Positions 1 to 11,700 of a stretch of DNA of 64,000 nt are shown one piece after another. The number at the start of each line of letters is the position of its first letter. The first letter of the stretch is position 1. This DNA is from Gekko japonicus (lineage: Eukaryota), in NCBI RefSeq assembly GCF_001447785.1, contig NW_015164665.1:1421008-1485007 (forward strand). The letters are read 5' to 3'. The notes beneath the pieces were generated by a model. The model worked only from the letters and a program-made list of their open reading frames with translations. It was not told the DNA's origin and did not search any database. Position numbers and translations under genes: made by a program.

Positions 1-486
1 GCAGGAGGGAGTGCCTGCCTGAGTGAGTGTGCTTCGCTGTGCCCTGAGCCCCACCTGGCCGGCGCCTCACCTCCTCCAAGCCTGCAAGCGAGTGTCCCTC
101 TCCTCCTCCATCCTGTCCTTCATCAGCATCATCGTCTTTGTCCTGGGGGTGGGGGCAACCCAGCCTCTGCGACCTTCCTGCCGCTGCTCCCCTCCCTCCC
201 TCCAGTGCACAGGACTCGAGGTCAGTGGGTGAGAGCGGCTCCTCAGGGTGGGTGGGTGAAGACACGGGCGTCGTCATTGTGGGAGTTGCAGGAGGTCTTT
301 GGGTTTGGGGGGGTCAGGGGGGGCTTGCCATCACCTCAAGTCTGCTGTTTGTTCCTGGCTGATGGCACGGCCAGGTGGGTGCCTGTTCTGATTCTTTCTC
401 CTGGCTTTTCTGTTTGCCGAGGGGGGTGCCTGGGCAGGGGGTGCGGGCTGGTGGCATCCTGCTGGGGCTGCCATCTGCCCTTGGCT

Positions 487-2132
487 GGGGATGTACTAAA
501 AAGGACAGGATTGCCCATTGGAAATAATGGAAAACACTTGAAGGCCCATTGGAAATAATGGGAGCCAGGAATGAATGCCAATTGACTTGCATGGGCTCCA
601 TTGAAATACATTATAGTACAAGTAGAGTTGCAATAAAAACGCAAAATGGATTTTCCATTAGGGTCTCTGGGCCCAAACAGACTACTCTGGGAATGGAATG
701 GGAGACCATGGCGTGGAATGACAGCCCCAGGGTGGAACAGGAGCATTTTGGGACTGGAATGACAGAGTGGAATGACAGCCCCAGGGTGTACTAGGAGTGT
801 TCAAGGACTGGAATGAGAGACCACGGAGTGGAACGATAGCCCCAGGGTGGAGCAGCAGTGTAGTGGAATTGGAATGACAGGCCCCAGACTGGAATGATAG
901 TCCCAGGGTGGAGCAGGAGGGTTCAGGGACTGGAATGACAGGCCCCAGACTGGAATGATAGTCCCAGGGTGGAGCAGGAGGGTTCAGGGACTGGAATGAC
1001 AGGCCCCAGACTGGAATGATAGTCCCAGGGTGGAGCAGGAGGGTTCAGGGACTGGAATGACAGGCCCCAGACTGGAATGATAGTCCCAGGGTGGAGCAGG
1101 AGGGTTCAGGGACTGGAATGACAGGCCCCAGAGTGGAATGACAGCCCCTGGGGGTAGCAGGAGTGTTCTCGAACTGGAATGAGAGGCCCTTGAAGTGGAA
1201 TGACAGCTCCAGGATGGAACAGGAGTGTTCAGGGACTAGAATGACAGGCCCCAGACTGGAATGATAGTCCCAGGGTGGAGCAGGAGTGTTCAGGGACTGG
1301 AATGAGAGACCACGGAGTGGAACGACAGCCCCAGGGTGTAGCAGGAGTGTTCTGGAACTGGGACAAGAGGCCCCAGAGTGGAAAGGGATGGAGCTGATCT
1401 GGTGATAGCTACACACCTTCCAGAAATATTTAAATGCAAGACCACAGAAGGGAATGACAGCCCCTGGGGGTAGCAGGAGTGTTCAGGGAATGATATGGGA
1501 GACCACGGAGTGGAATGACAACCCCAGGGTGTAGCAGCAGTCTTCTGTGACTAGAATGACAGGCCCCAGAGTGGAATGACAGCCCCTGGAAGTTTCAGGA
1601 GTGGTCTTGGACTGGAATGACTGCCCTAGGGAGTGGTAGGAGTGTTCTGGAACTGGAATGGGAGATCACTAAGTGGAATGATAGTCCCTGCAAGTAGTGG
1701 GGATATTCTGGGACTGCAATGACAAGCTCCAGTCGAATGACAGCCCCTAGATATGGCAGGAGTGTTCTGGAACTGGAATGAGATACCACTAAGTGGAATG
1801 ACAGCTCCTGAGAGTATTCTGGGAATGGAATGACAGGCTCCAAGGTGGATTGACCATCCCTGGAAGTAGCAGGAGGCTTATGGGCCTGGAATGACAGGCC
1901 CCAGAGTGGAAGGAGAGACCCTGGGTGTAGAGAAAGTTCTGTGCAACTGGATTTNNNNNNNNNNNNNNNNNNNNNNNNNNNNNNNNNNNNNNNNNNNNNN
2001 NNNNNNNNNNNNNNNNNNNNNNNNNNNNNNNNNNNNNNNNNNNNNNNNNNNNNNNNNNTATTTCCAATGGGCCTTCAAGTGTTTCCCATTGTTTCCAATG
2101 GGCAATCCTGTCCTTCCTTTTAGTACATCCCC
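487..2132. mobile_element. Foldback-type non-autonomous DNA transposon with long TIRs and an internal minisatellite (spans an N-gap)
   Basis: Left end ggggatgtactaaaaaggacaggattgcccattggaaa..cacttgaaggcccattggaaata (487-557) is the reverse complement of 2059-2132 (..gcaatcctgtccttccttttagtacatcccc). The interior is tandem TGGAATGACAG repeats. No TSD found. Confidence 0.85.
690..1950 (+). repeat. Minisatellite: 61-bp unit made of three ~20-bp TGGAATGA subunits
   Basis: ggccccaga recurs at 880, 941, 1002, 1063 and 1124 (period 61). Units are near-identical over 880-1123 and diverge on both sides. Confidence 0.95.
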
Positions 2133-2199
2133 TCAACAGGACCTCCTTCGCCAGCCCGCCTCCTGGACTCTTCCTGGTGGGACAAGCTGCTGCTGAATA

Positions 2200-2782
2200 A
2201 TGGCCTCCATTAAGGCTTTAGACTTGATCTTTTCTGTTTACCCTGGTTAGATTTAGAAAATGTGGAAATGGAGCTGTTGGAATTTCAAGAAAGCTCTAAC
2301 TGGAAAAATAAATTCTATAACCTGTGTGAAACACTTGAGAAGATAGAAGGATTGCTTTCCTTACTTTGTTTGGATCATCTTATGCTTGTGAGCAGCTGTT
2401 TTCAACTTTGAATTATATCAAATCTGACACCAGAAACAGACTAACAGATGACCTGAGTGCTGCGTGTGTTGCTCTCAAACTTACAAAGTATGAGCCAAGG
2501 TTAGACAAATTATCAGCATGCACACAACAGCAAAAATCACATTAATTGTTCACAAGCATGCCAAATGCAAACTTTTACCTTTATATAAAAAGTTGTTTGT
2601 ATCATTGAAAGCTCTGTTATTGTGTTTTTCTTTTAAGACAAAAGATGTTAATGTATGAGTTGTTTCTTCTAAACGAAAACCTCAGTATTCAGGTTAAATT
2701 GCCGTGTTGGCACTTTGCGATAAATAAGTGGGTTTTGGGTTCCAGTTTGGGCACTCGGTCTCTAAAAGGTTCACCATCACTG
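2200..2782 (+). mobile_element. hAT (Charlie-type) transposon 3' part: transposase C-terminal dimerization domain plus right TIR
   Basis: Translates LFGSSYACEQLFSTLNYIKSDTRNRLTDDLSAACVALKLTKYEPRLDKLSACTQQQKSH* (ends ~2545), the hAT C-terminal motif. Ends in aggttcaccatcactg, i.e. TIR CAGTGATGGyGAACCT. Confidence 0.9.
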
Positions 2783-2869
2783 GACTAAGCTGTCTGCTTA
2801 TGGAATATGGAATTTTGCAGTAGGATGGAAGCCAGCAGTGTCACACTGGCTTATCCTTAGCAATCAATT

Positions 2870-3045
2870 TGGTGTGGAGAGGCCATCACTCAATGAAAGA
2901 GGACATGCACAGGTTTGAATCTTAGTTGTTCCAGTTAAAGGGTTTGATATAGCAAGTGACAGGGAAAGTCTTCCTTTCCCTAAGTTCCTGGTAAACTGCT
3001 GCTGGTCAGTGTACCAGTGATCCCACTCAGTATAAGACAGCTTCA
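2870..3045 (+). mobile_element. Decayed tRNA-derived SINE with CR1-like tail
   Basis: Resembles the better-preserved copy at 26023-26231 (ccagttaaaggg.. gctggtcagtgta.. ctcagtataagacagcttca). Confidence 0.45.
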
Positions 3046-4640
3046 GTCACGACCAATATAGGCCAAGCTCATCACATTTTATAATAGAGGTCTTGATATT
3101 ATATTTTCTTAACACCGCTCAGTCTTATTAATTTTCAATGACATTTCATTAAGGCCAATTGAAAAGTGGCAATCCTAACTGGTAAGGAGGGAATGGTGAT
3201 TCCGTAATCAGTTGGGTACCTTTGAGATTTCGCAAGATGTTAGGGCCTTGTGTAATGTCTCGAGTGCTCAAAGCTTTTGAACAGCAAATCCACGACTGTT
3301 TCCAAACAAATTGCTATCATGGTTTTAGAGCAATGGATTTCAACTCAGTGTTGTCAGGGTCACTTGCATGTTCTTCTACTGATTAGGAACACCATAGTAA
3401 TTTCACCCTGAAATGCAAATGTCTCCTCCCTTTGAGAAACAGAAAAGAAAAGACATATTTTCTAAATTCAGCACTGAGAGGCAGGAAATGATACAGCAGT
3501 ACAGTATCCACATTGGTTTGCCTTTAGAGAGTCCTGAATGTTTGCTCCTTCTTCTCTACATCATGGATTAATCAAGGGAAAGCTTTAATTTGTGATTAAA
3601 GCTTTAGTTGATTACTGTATACGTTCTGGATTGCAATGCTAGCTGTGAGGCAAGGCAGAAAACACCGTTACATTTGTAAAAATAAAGTCTCTGGGATTGG
3701 AGAAAGCAGGATTTCTCTGAAAATGGCATATTCTAGAGGGGCAGCTGTATTTGCTTTAGCTGAGACAGACTAAATTCTGTGGCATCTTAATGGCGAACAT
3801 ATTTATAGAAGCATCAGCTTACCTGGGCTGAAGTATGTTGAAGAGAGCATGAGAGTGGGTTTGACTGTGCTGAACACACAGTATTTGTACCGCTATCTTT
3901 TCCTTTTCAAGGACAAGAGGTTTTCATACAGCTGTATAACAGTTTTCAGCCTTTGGAGAATTAGTCATTGTTCATTGTTGAAAAGCCAGGCAATGGGTCC
4001 TTTATTTGTGACTCTATATGATGCTGTCATAATGCAGCTGGTGGCTGATGCCATTTGAAGCAGCAGGTTACAAAATGACCCAGTAAAAATAAATGGGGGG
4101 GGGGGGTGATCTGCAAGAAGCAATCTCCACAACAGCATTACCAGTAATGTATATGTATGAACTAGTGGCAAAAACATGCTGAGAAGATTCCCCCCTCCCC
4201 CTAGAGATTGGTATCAACTTTTATTAATGGCAAGTATCAGATTCTCATGCATTCTGAGTTAAGATGCTCTTAATCAAGGGATATGTTAAAAACAAAAATG
4301 TGTCAATCATTTAAAATTAATCTAATTCTACAATTGTGTGTTATAAACACATATTTACAAAATAATGGCAACATTCACAGATATCAAAACTGCTATAAGT
4401 AAGCATTTTCATATTCTCTTTTAGCTTATTTAAACTATGTCATCTCTAATTAATAAAAACTATGAATGATGTGTTTTTTAATCTGCTAATTCCACTGCAC
4501 TTTGTACAGAAAAGCATCAGATAGGAACAGTTTTCCATTTTATGTTATAACAGAAGAAACGTTGCTGTGCTTGCTTACAGACTATGGGTTGCATGTAACC
4601 AACTTTTCTGCTAATTAGAAAAGGAGGAGAGGTCCCATTT

Positions 4641-4920
4641 GTTTGGTGTAGTAGTTTGATGTAGTGGTTAAATGTGCAGACTCTAATATGAGAAAACCGG
4701 ATTTGATTCCTCACTCCTCCACATGCAGCTGCTGGATGACCTTGGGCAAGCCATAGTTCTGTCAGAGCTGTTCTTGAAAAAGAGCAGTTTCTGTCAAGAG
4801 CTCTCTCAGCCCCACCTGCCTCACAGGGTGTCTGTTGTGGGGAGGGGAAGGGAAAGGAGTAGCCACCCTAAGACTCCAAGTGAAGGGCGGGGTATAAATC
4901 CAACTCTTCTTCTCTTCTTC
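4641..4920 (+). mobile_element. tRNA-derived SINE with L2-like 3' end and (CTT)n tail (Squam3-like)
   Basis: A-box tgtagtggtta, B-box-like ggatttgattcc, body cctcacagggtgtctgttgtgggg, 3' gaagggcggggtataaatcc, then ctcttcttc tail. Homologous to the copy at 24479-24792. Confidence 0.85.
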
Positions 4921-5459
4921 AAATTGTTGCGGGAAGGACCGACCAGACAGCACACCCTGTGATGGTTTTCCCACATACTCGTCTGGTGGTGAAGCATCCT
5001 CAGTACTGCAGCGCCTCAACCATGGAGCTTGCTGCCCAGTTGGTTTCTTAAAAATCAGGCAAGTGCTTTTGCACTCATGCGCTTATGTGAATATCAGCAG
5101 CTACTTTAAAAAAAACAACAACACAACAACCACAGAAACAGATCTGCTGGTTCAGACTTCCCATCCGGCTTCATTTCGGGACAGGGGAGTTCAGATGGCC
5201 ATAAAAGTGAAGTGGAAGCACTGGCATCAGTAAAGACCAGACTTTCCCCAGTGCCTGGTTACTCCACTTCTAAAGTGTGGCAAAATGGAGTGGCCATGAC
5301 TGGGGCATGGAAGGCAGATGTTGTTGTCTGACTGTGCTCTTTAAATCCGCAAAGGCACTGCAACAATATTGCTGCAAACTGCTCATGTGACCACAGCCAA
5401 GGTCAACATTCAAGAGGACTAGGCTGCTTTGTATTCAATTTAATTGCATTCAAGGCTTC

Positions 5460-5775
5460 AATTTTTATTGTTTAATTTATATAGAACATTGTTATCCTGC
5501 CATTCTAACCATACAGGGCCCTCAGTGCAGTGAACAATTAAAAACACATTAAAACCAACTTTTAAAATAATACACATATAAAACAGATGTTGAAAAATAA
5601 ACAGGAAGGAGGGTCAGTAAGGGAATGTCAAATTCTTTACCCACTTTACTATGATAGAAGGGAACAGATACGTCTCCCAGGGGAGGGAATCTGACTGCTT
5701 TAGTGTCACAGCTTCGATGACAGGTGCAGCCAAAGATGATCAGGTAAATTCATATGGGAGTAGGTGGTCCTTATT
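5460..5775 (-). mobile_element. Old L2 LINE 3' fragment
   Basis: Reverse tail (tttatt.. atcctgcc.. ctcagtgcagtgaacaat) and cccagggagggaat / gggagtaggtggtcctt motifs like the other minus-strand L2s in the window. Confidence 0.45.
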
Positions 5776-6105
5776 TAGTAATATTTATTTACTAATTCCC
5801 CTTCCCATTTTTGGTATAAAACTCTTAACACAGCTTACAAACGTACAATATAAAACGGAACAATAAGGTGTGTCTGTTATGTGCTATCAAGTCACTTCTG
5901 ACTTATGGCAGCCTTATGAATTAATACAGCTTCAGACAGCTTTGGACTTTCCTTCTGCATCTAGTGACACCTCCAGTTAAGAGCAGGTGGGCAGCACTGG
6001 GGGTGCTGCACCAGAGTAACTGACTTACATTGGCCTATCTCTGAAATATGCCAGTGTAATGGCTAGTCAGTTCCCTTAGCTTTTTCATGCCCTCTCCCCC
6101 CATGG

Positions 6106-6584
6106 TCTGAGATAGACTGCTCGGGGACTGAAATGATGGCCTGCAAAATAGAATGATGCCCCCCCAGGAGTAGCATGAGTTTTATGCAACTGGAGTGACA
6201 GCCTGCATAGTGGAATGATGGCCCCTAGGACTGGAATCAGTGCTCTGGGGGCTGTCATTCCAGTCACAGAGAGGTTTCTATGGTCCCAGGGACTGTCCAC
6301 TCTGGGGCTGTCATTCCAGTTGGAGAACACTCATACTACTCCAGGGGGCTGTCATTCCACTCTAGGGGCTGTCATTCCACTACCAGAGCAGTCCATCTCA
6401 GACTAGAGACTATAATTCAAAAATCTATTCTGCATTTTCATTGCAACTTTTGTGTGCTGTAATATGTTGCAATGGGCCAATGCAAGTCATTTGGCATTTT
6501 TGGCTCCCATTATATCCTGTGGGCCTTCGAGCACCTCCCATTGTTTCCTATTGGCAATCCTGTCCTTTGTTTTAGTACATCCCT
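6106..6584. mobile_element. Second, shorter member of the minisatellite foldback family
   Basis: 6404-6583 is a diverged reverse complement of 487-670. Inner inverted repeat gtctgagatagactgctc (6106) / gagcagtccatctcagac (6386). The repeats flip orientation near 6240 (ggaatgat.. versus gctgtcattcc). Confidence 0.8.
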
Positions 6585-6984
6585 TCAGTGACTTCTCCTT
6601 AAGGGCTACCTGATGACATGAGCAAGAGGGAGGGCTGTGGCCTAGGTATGCTCATGCTTGGGTGGCTGTGGTTGGTTGTGCAGGTACCACTGGTCCCCTG
6701 TCACAGTCATCTGCAAAACATATCAGGAGTCTGGCAGCATTTCCAAGGCTGACTTCACACCTGAGCCCCCCCCCCCCATTCACCTGGCTGGCTGCTGTGT
6801 GAAGGGAGGATGGACCAGTGGGTGGACCAGGTATATGCATGCCTGTTCTGGGGGGGGGCTCTGTCATCCAGGGGCAGACAGCTAAAGGACAGTATTAATG
6901 TAGGGGTAGGGAATCACAGGGACCAACCTAGCCCTTGGTCCCATGTCCCCCAAATGGCCTGGTGGGCTGGGTAGCATGACAGCC

Positions 6985-7310
6985 CTTTTGCAATATGTTT
7001 TCCCATACTTGTTCAGTGTCGCCCCTGACATCTTGCCCTGCTACTGCCTCCTCCTGCCCATTGCTCTGTTCCCCAGCCCAGAGGTCCTCCAACACCTCCC
7101 TATAGGGCCCACTGTCAGCTGTTGTCAGGTGGCCATGTTGTGGAACACAGCACAGATGGGAAAGAGTTTGGTGACTGCTGAGGGATGCATGGCCTTGTGG
7201 CCTCCTATATGGTGGAGGCAACAGAGCTGCATCTTCAGATGGCCAAATGCCAGCTCAATGGCTATGCGTGTTCATTGGTGGGCTTTGTTGTAGGCAGGAC
7301 AGACTGGTGG
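6985..7310 (-). pseudogene. PIF/Harbinger transposase C-terminal fossil
   Basis: Minus frame reads PAYNKAHQ*TRIAIELAFGHLKMQLCCLHHIGGHKAMHPSAVTKLFPICAVFHNMA, matching the Harbinger/HARBI1 motif YNxxHxxTRxxIExxFGxLKxR..C..LHN. It contains stops. Confidence 0.85.
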
Positions 7311-8629
7311 TTCATCTCCTGATACCCTTTCAGAGGCTATTGGAGAATCGGTTGGTGGTTCTGCGAGTCCCCTCCTGCTCCACTACCAGTGGCGGTGTCC
7401 CAGGGTGCCCTAAGCAATGAGGCTGGGCTGCAGGGAGGTGCCGCCCCGGTAAGCAGCAGAGACCCATGACTGGGCCTTGTCATCTCCCCCATTCTCCTTT
7501 CTTGGTGATTGCAGCCTTTGCACTATACGGGTCTTGGACCTACTTGGGTTCGCTGCCGGTGGGAGATTTCTGGGGCCCTTGCCAACTCTGTCAGCTGCCC
7601 ACTTACTGATCCTTTACGGGTGTGTGGGTGGGTGCTGCCAGCACAGACCTGCAGTCCATAGACCTGCCCCTTCCCAACCCTAGACTGTAATGTGGGCAGT
7701 GCTGGGTCCCTGGTTCTTCCAGCCTGTGATTGGTTCTGTCTGCCCGGTTCATCACAGCCCTGCCATTGTACTTTGTGATCTGTATGTGACCCTATGGTAT
7801 GGTTGCTGGGGACACTGACATGATTGCAGCCTCTGTGGCCCTGCTTCTCATTCTTTTGGCTGCCTCCCAGTCTCTGCCAGAACTCTTTAGGGAGCAGACT
7901 AGCAGCTCCATGATTAGTCCAGTTCCTAGCCACTGTGGCATGGGAGGCCCTTAGGACTGCACTGTGAATGACCTTTTGGCTTTAATCTGGTTGCATCAGT
8001 AAGAACAGAACTATTTGTACTTGTCCTCTGCTCCTCCCAGTAGCTAGCTGTTCCTGTCTTTCAGCACTATAGCTTCTTTTGGTTGGGATTGTCTCATTGC
8101 AGGTATAAGATGATCAAAAGTGGTTCACTATTACCTCCTTCCATGCAGTACTAACCTGGGTTAGCTGAATTGGCACTGCCATTGTCTGAAGATCTTCTGC
8201 CAGTGTCATGTTCCACCACTGCTGCTGCCCAGTAGTGACCCTTCAAGAATTCCTCTGCTGCCATCACCTAGAACATGTCAATTTTCTTCTGCTGAGGTGA
8301 CCGTTGATTCCTGAATTGGGTGGCTGTATCTTAGTCTGGTGTCTCAGTTTGCTCATTCCACCTTGAGTGACTGTGCTAGGAAATTAGACTCTTGATAGAT
8401 TCTGAACTCTTGATGGTATTGGCTTCACTAACACAGTCAGCCCTCCTCACCACATTAAGGCGTGCTTCCAAGAAAGAGAGAATAATAATGGCAAATACAT
8501 AAACAGAACTAGCAGTGATAAAACACTGATAAAATAGGGAAATTACATATTTAAAGGATTTAAAAATGCTATTTAATGTAAGTTTTGATGGGACTGTCCC
8601 TGACATCCTCTTGAATGCTGTGAGACTAA

Positions 8630-8720
8630 CAGTGCAAACCTCAAAACACTTCCCTTGGAGTAAGCCCCATTGAAATGGACCTGAGTAGGATTCCGAGTAG
8701 ACCTGCTAAAGATTGCTCTG
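8630..8720. mobile_element. Short palindromic MITE (family also at 14313-14397, 22790-22873, ~25070-25153)
   Basis: Shared layout gcaatcctaag..gagtaagccccattgaa..gagtagacctgct(t)aggattgc with inverted ends. Confidence 0.65.
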
Positions 8721-10929
8721 TACATGAATGACAAAGCCAATTGCTTTGAAGATATATGTGCAGAAGTATTTAACACTCCCCCCCCCTCAGTGTGATCTAT
8801 GACCAAGTCAACCAAATTATCAGTCTTTTCTTTGGTAAGTATCTTCTCTATGTGGTAAATTCTATCAAATGTTTCTTGCAAATATTTTATATGATTGTAG
8901 TTGCCCATCTATAGACCCTTAGCATATGCACATTTGTTGTGAAGGGTGGAGACTGAATTTCCAAATACTTCACAGCTATGGTTGATACTGGATCTACAAT
9001 TTTCAAGATAGAATATGAAAAGATCATGTACTTGACTTAGTTAGTCAGCTATTCCTTGTAAGTATAAGGAACAATTGTTTTTACGTGAACTTACAAATTG
9101 ATTGATGGTCTTTGACAGGCGACTTGTTCTCATTGGGTAGGCTTTCCTACAGAATCCCACAGGAAATCAGAGTTGCAAGAAGGTTCCATCTTTAAAGTAT
9201 GTTTTTCAGCTTTTTACTATTGTATGACCTGAAAACGCTTTCAGTCAATAGATCAAAAAGATTTCTCATGGTGGATAAAATTTGACATGAAGGGTCTATC
9301 AGGTGGATCATGAATACCTGGTGAAAAGGATGGCTAAGTTATAGCAGGGTTTTTGTTTTTATTTGCTTTGATCTCTATATTTATATATTTGTGGCTTTAA
9401 AAATTCATTCAAGGCATAATTTTCTCCTATTACCAGTTCAGATTCAACCAAAACTGCAAGAATATTCTAGGGGTCATCTGCTCTTGTGTTTGGGCAACAT
9501 CCTTTGTATACTCTTAAAGTTGTGAATAGCGCTTGTTTTAATCAATGAGAAGCATGACAAGTTGCTCAGCATAAAATGTCTATATATTCTGACAGCAGGA
9601 TATGAGGGGGAAGAGCTGGCAACTTCAGAAGCACCAGCAGGCTGGTGGAATAGGTGGTCGGCATTCTCTTCCTCCATTAATGGTCTGATTCAGCATATAT
9701 GCCTACTCTTTCCTATGAAAGCATGCAGGGAAAGTATGTCAAGGTGCAGAGCCACATTCTGTTCATCTGTGTGGGTTTAGTTTTTTTTTTTCCCTTACAG
9801 TGTGGGTAGGGTTCTAAAACCTTTAAAAAACATGACAACTTGTTACAAACTTTACAATAAACAGGAAAAATGTAAATGAACTAAACAATTGCAAATAAAC
9901 ATATATTGATCCAAAGTTTCATTGGCTTTTTAAACTTAAAAATGATATTCACACCAAAGTTTATACTGCTGGGAGAAGCCTTCTTGACTTTATGATAAAT
10001 AACATTTTCAGGCTGTATAATGGTAAAAGACTGAAAACCATGTTTGGGAAATGGCCCCGTATCACCTGCCTGTAACTTTAATTTATTATGGAAGATTTGG
10101 GGGGCAGCCTACTCAAGGAGGACATTTTATGTACCAAAGATCATCCATCAATGGATTGTTCACACATGGAACTTCTCTATTTACTTGGCTAGTTCACTAG
10201 TCATATCTGTCTTCATGCAACAACATTTCAATTTGGGAGCAAAATCTTAAAAACAGAAAAGGTTTTTCTGAAACCTCAGTGGGAAAGCTCATAAATACTG
10301 AATTCGTACCAAAATTGCCAGGGTAGTTGTTCTGTCAGTAACTAACACACAGTACTGGTTATGCAGATTTTTTATTCATTTATTGTCAGAAGAAACACAT
10401 TGATTTATTTAGGCTGTTTATATGCCACTTGTTCATTAAAAAATGGACACTTCAACAAAATACAGCATTAAAATAATAAATATTACATAGCTCAGAATTT
10501 GAAAGTGTTGATATGTGTAGTATTTCATTTATAACTGTTTGCCTTGAAGAATTTCTAACAATAGAAAACAGCAGATTCTTTCAAGTCATTATTTCTGTCA
10601 TTATATAAACAAGTCTTAACCATTTCTTGTTACATAATAGAAGACTTCCACTATTATAATGGGAGCTAAAAATAAACTTTCCTTTCTATTCTTGTTTACT
10701 TTGTCCAATCATCAAATGTAAATGAATGAATTAATTTAATATGAAGTTCAACTGTGAATATACATTTCCATCTGTAATGCAGACAGAAAGTTGGCTAAGG
10801 ATTTGCACTGATTTCAGGGACACCACTGAACTATATTAAGAAAAGGACATTTTCTGTGTGTGATTAGGAACAGAGACATTTACTAGTAAGATATAAACAT
10901 CAATGAAGAGACAAGCCAGCCAATATATC

Positions 10930-11700
10930 CCTTAACCTTGGTCAAAGACCAGTGCCTGCACATGGAGCAGGCGGCGGCATTTGCCTGCCCCCCACCATCT
11001 TCTTGGATGAAGCACAGCGGGAGTGCTGGCCAACCAAGGGCGAGCTCACTGGCCAGGTATGGCAGCAGCTGCCCTCCATGCTCAGATCAGCCCAGCACAA
11101 GCTCCCCGCCCGCCCGCCCTCTTCTGCACCACGTGGGATTAGGTGGTTGCCGTTTTGCGAGGCTAAGCAGGAATTTTTTGGGCCTCTCTCAGATTGGCCT
11201 TGAGGGGGCCTTTTTTCACCTGCTTCATGTGGTCAAAGGGGGTGAGGTTTAAATAGGCCTGGCAAAGCTGGTTAGTCCCTAACTGGGACGGCGGGAAAAG
11301 CACTGGTTGAGGGGATTTGGAATTGGCAAACACCCTGAGATATCAGCGATAGGGGGGGTCCTCATACTGGGTGCCTATGGACTGTGAAGTCAGGGTGACT
11401 CAGTTGGGGGCCTTTTTGGGTTGGGGGGCATATGACAAGCCTTAAGGCTTTGCAGTCGTGGGCTGGAATGAGTCCTTCCTTCCCCTCTATGCACTGGCAT
11501 GCGGGCCGTGATGAGTAAGGTCTGGGAGGATCCCGGACCTGGCTCAGAGCCAGGGTGGGTTTGCCCTATTAGTAGGCTTGCTATGCAGGCCCAAGGCAAC
11601 CCATGCTTTTTATTGGTGCAGATCAGCTTACAGATAAATAAAATTCCCAGTTTAACCCATAACCTGTGTTGTGTTTCATTCAAGGGGTGGACGGGTAACA
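10930..11700 (+). mobile_element. Unclassified GC-rich interspersed repeat (LTR-like or tyrosine-recombinase retroelement terminal region)
   Basis: Sharp GC-rich block in AT-rich DNA, with tttaaata (~11249), aataaa (~11637) and a gggtaaCA end. tatc flanks both sides (10926-10929, 11701-11704), but the block does not start with TG. Confidence 0.45.

Noticed and set aside
1-300. Minus-strand Pro/Ser/acidic open frame running off the window edge (MTTPVSSPTHPEEPLSP..DKDDDADEG..)
   Set aside because: Low complexity, no recognisable domain or splice sites, and adjacent to TE insertions. More likely repeat-derived; cannot be resolved at the window edge.
690-1950. Regular repeats as a CRISPR array or human-type (GGAAT)n satellite
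   Set aside because: Contiguous tandem units without unique spacers in a eukaryote. The GGAAT similarity is only a 5-mer.
3220-3407. Possible minus-strand exon (ttcag|GGT..AAG|gtaccc)
   Set aside because: Weak donor and stops in all three frames; no supporting homology.
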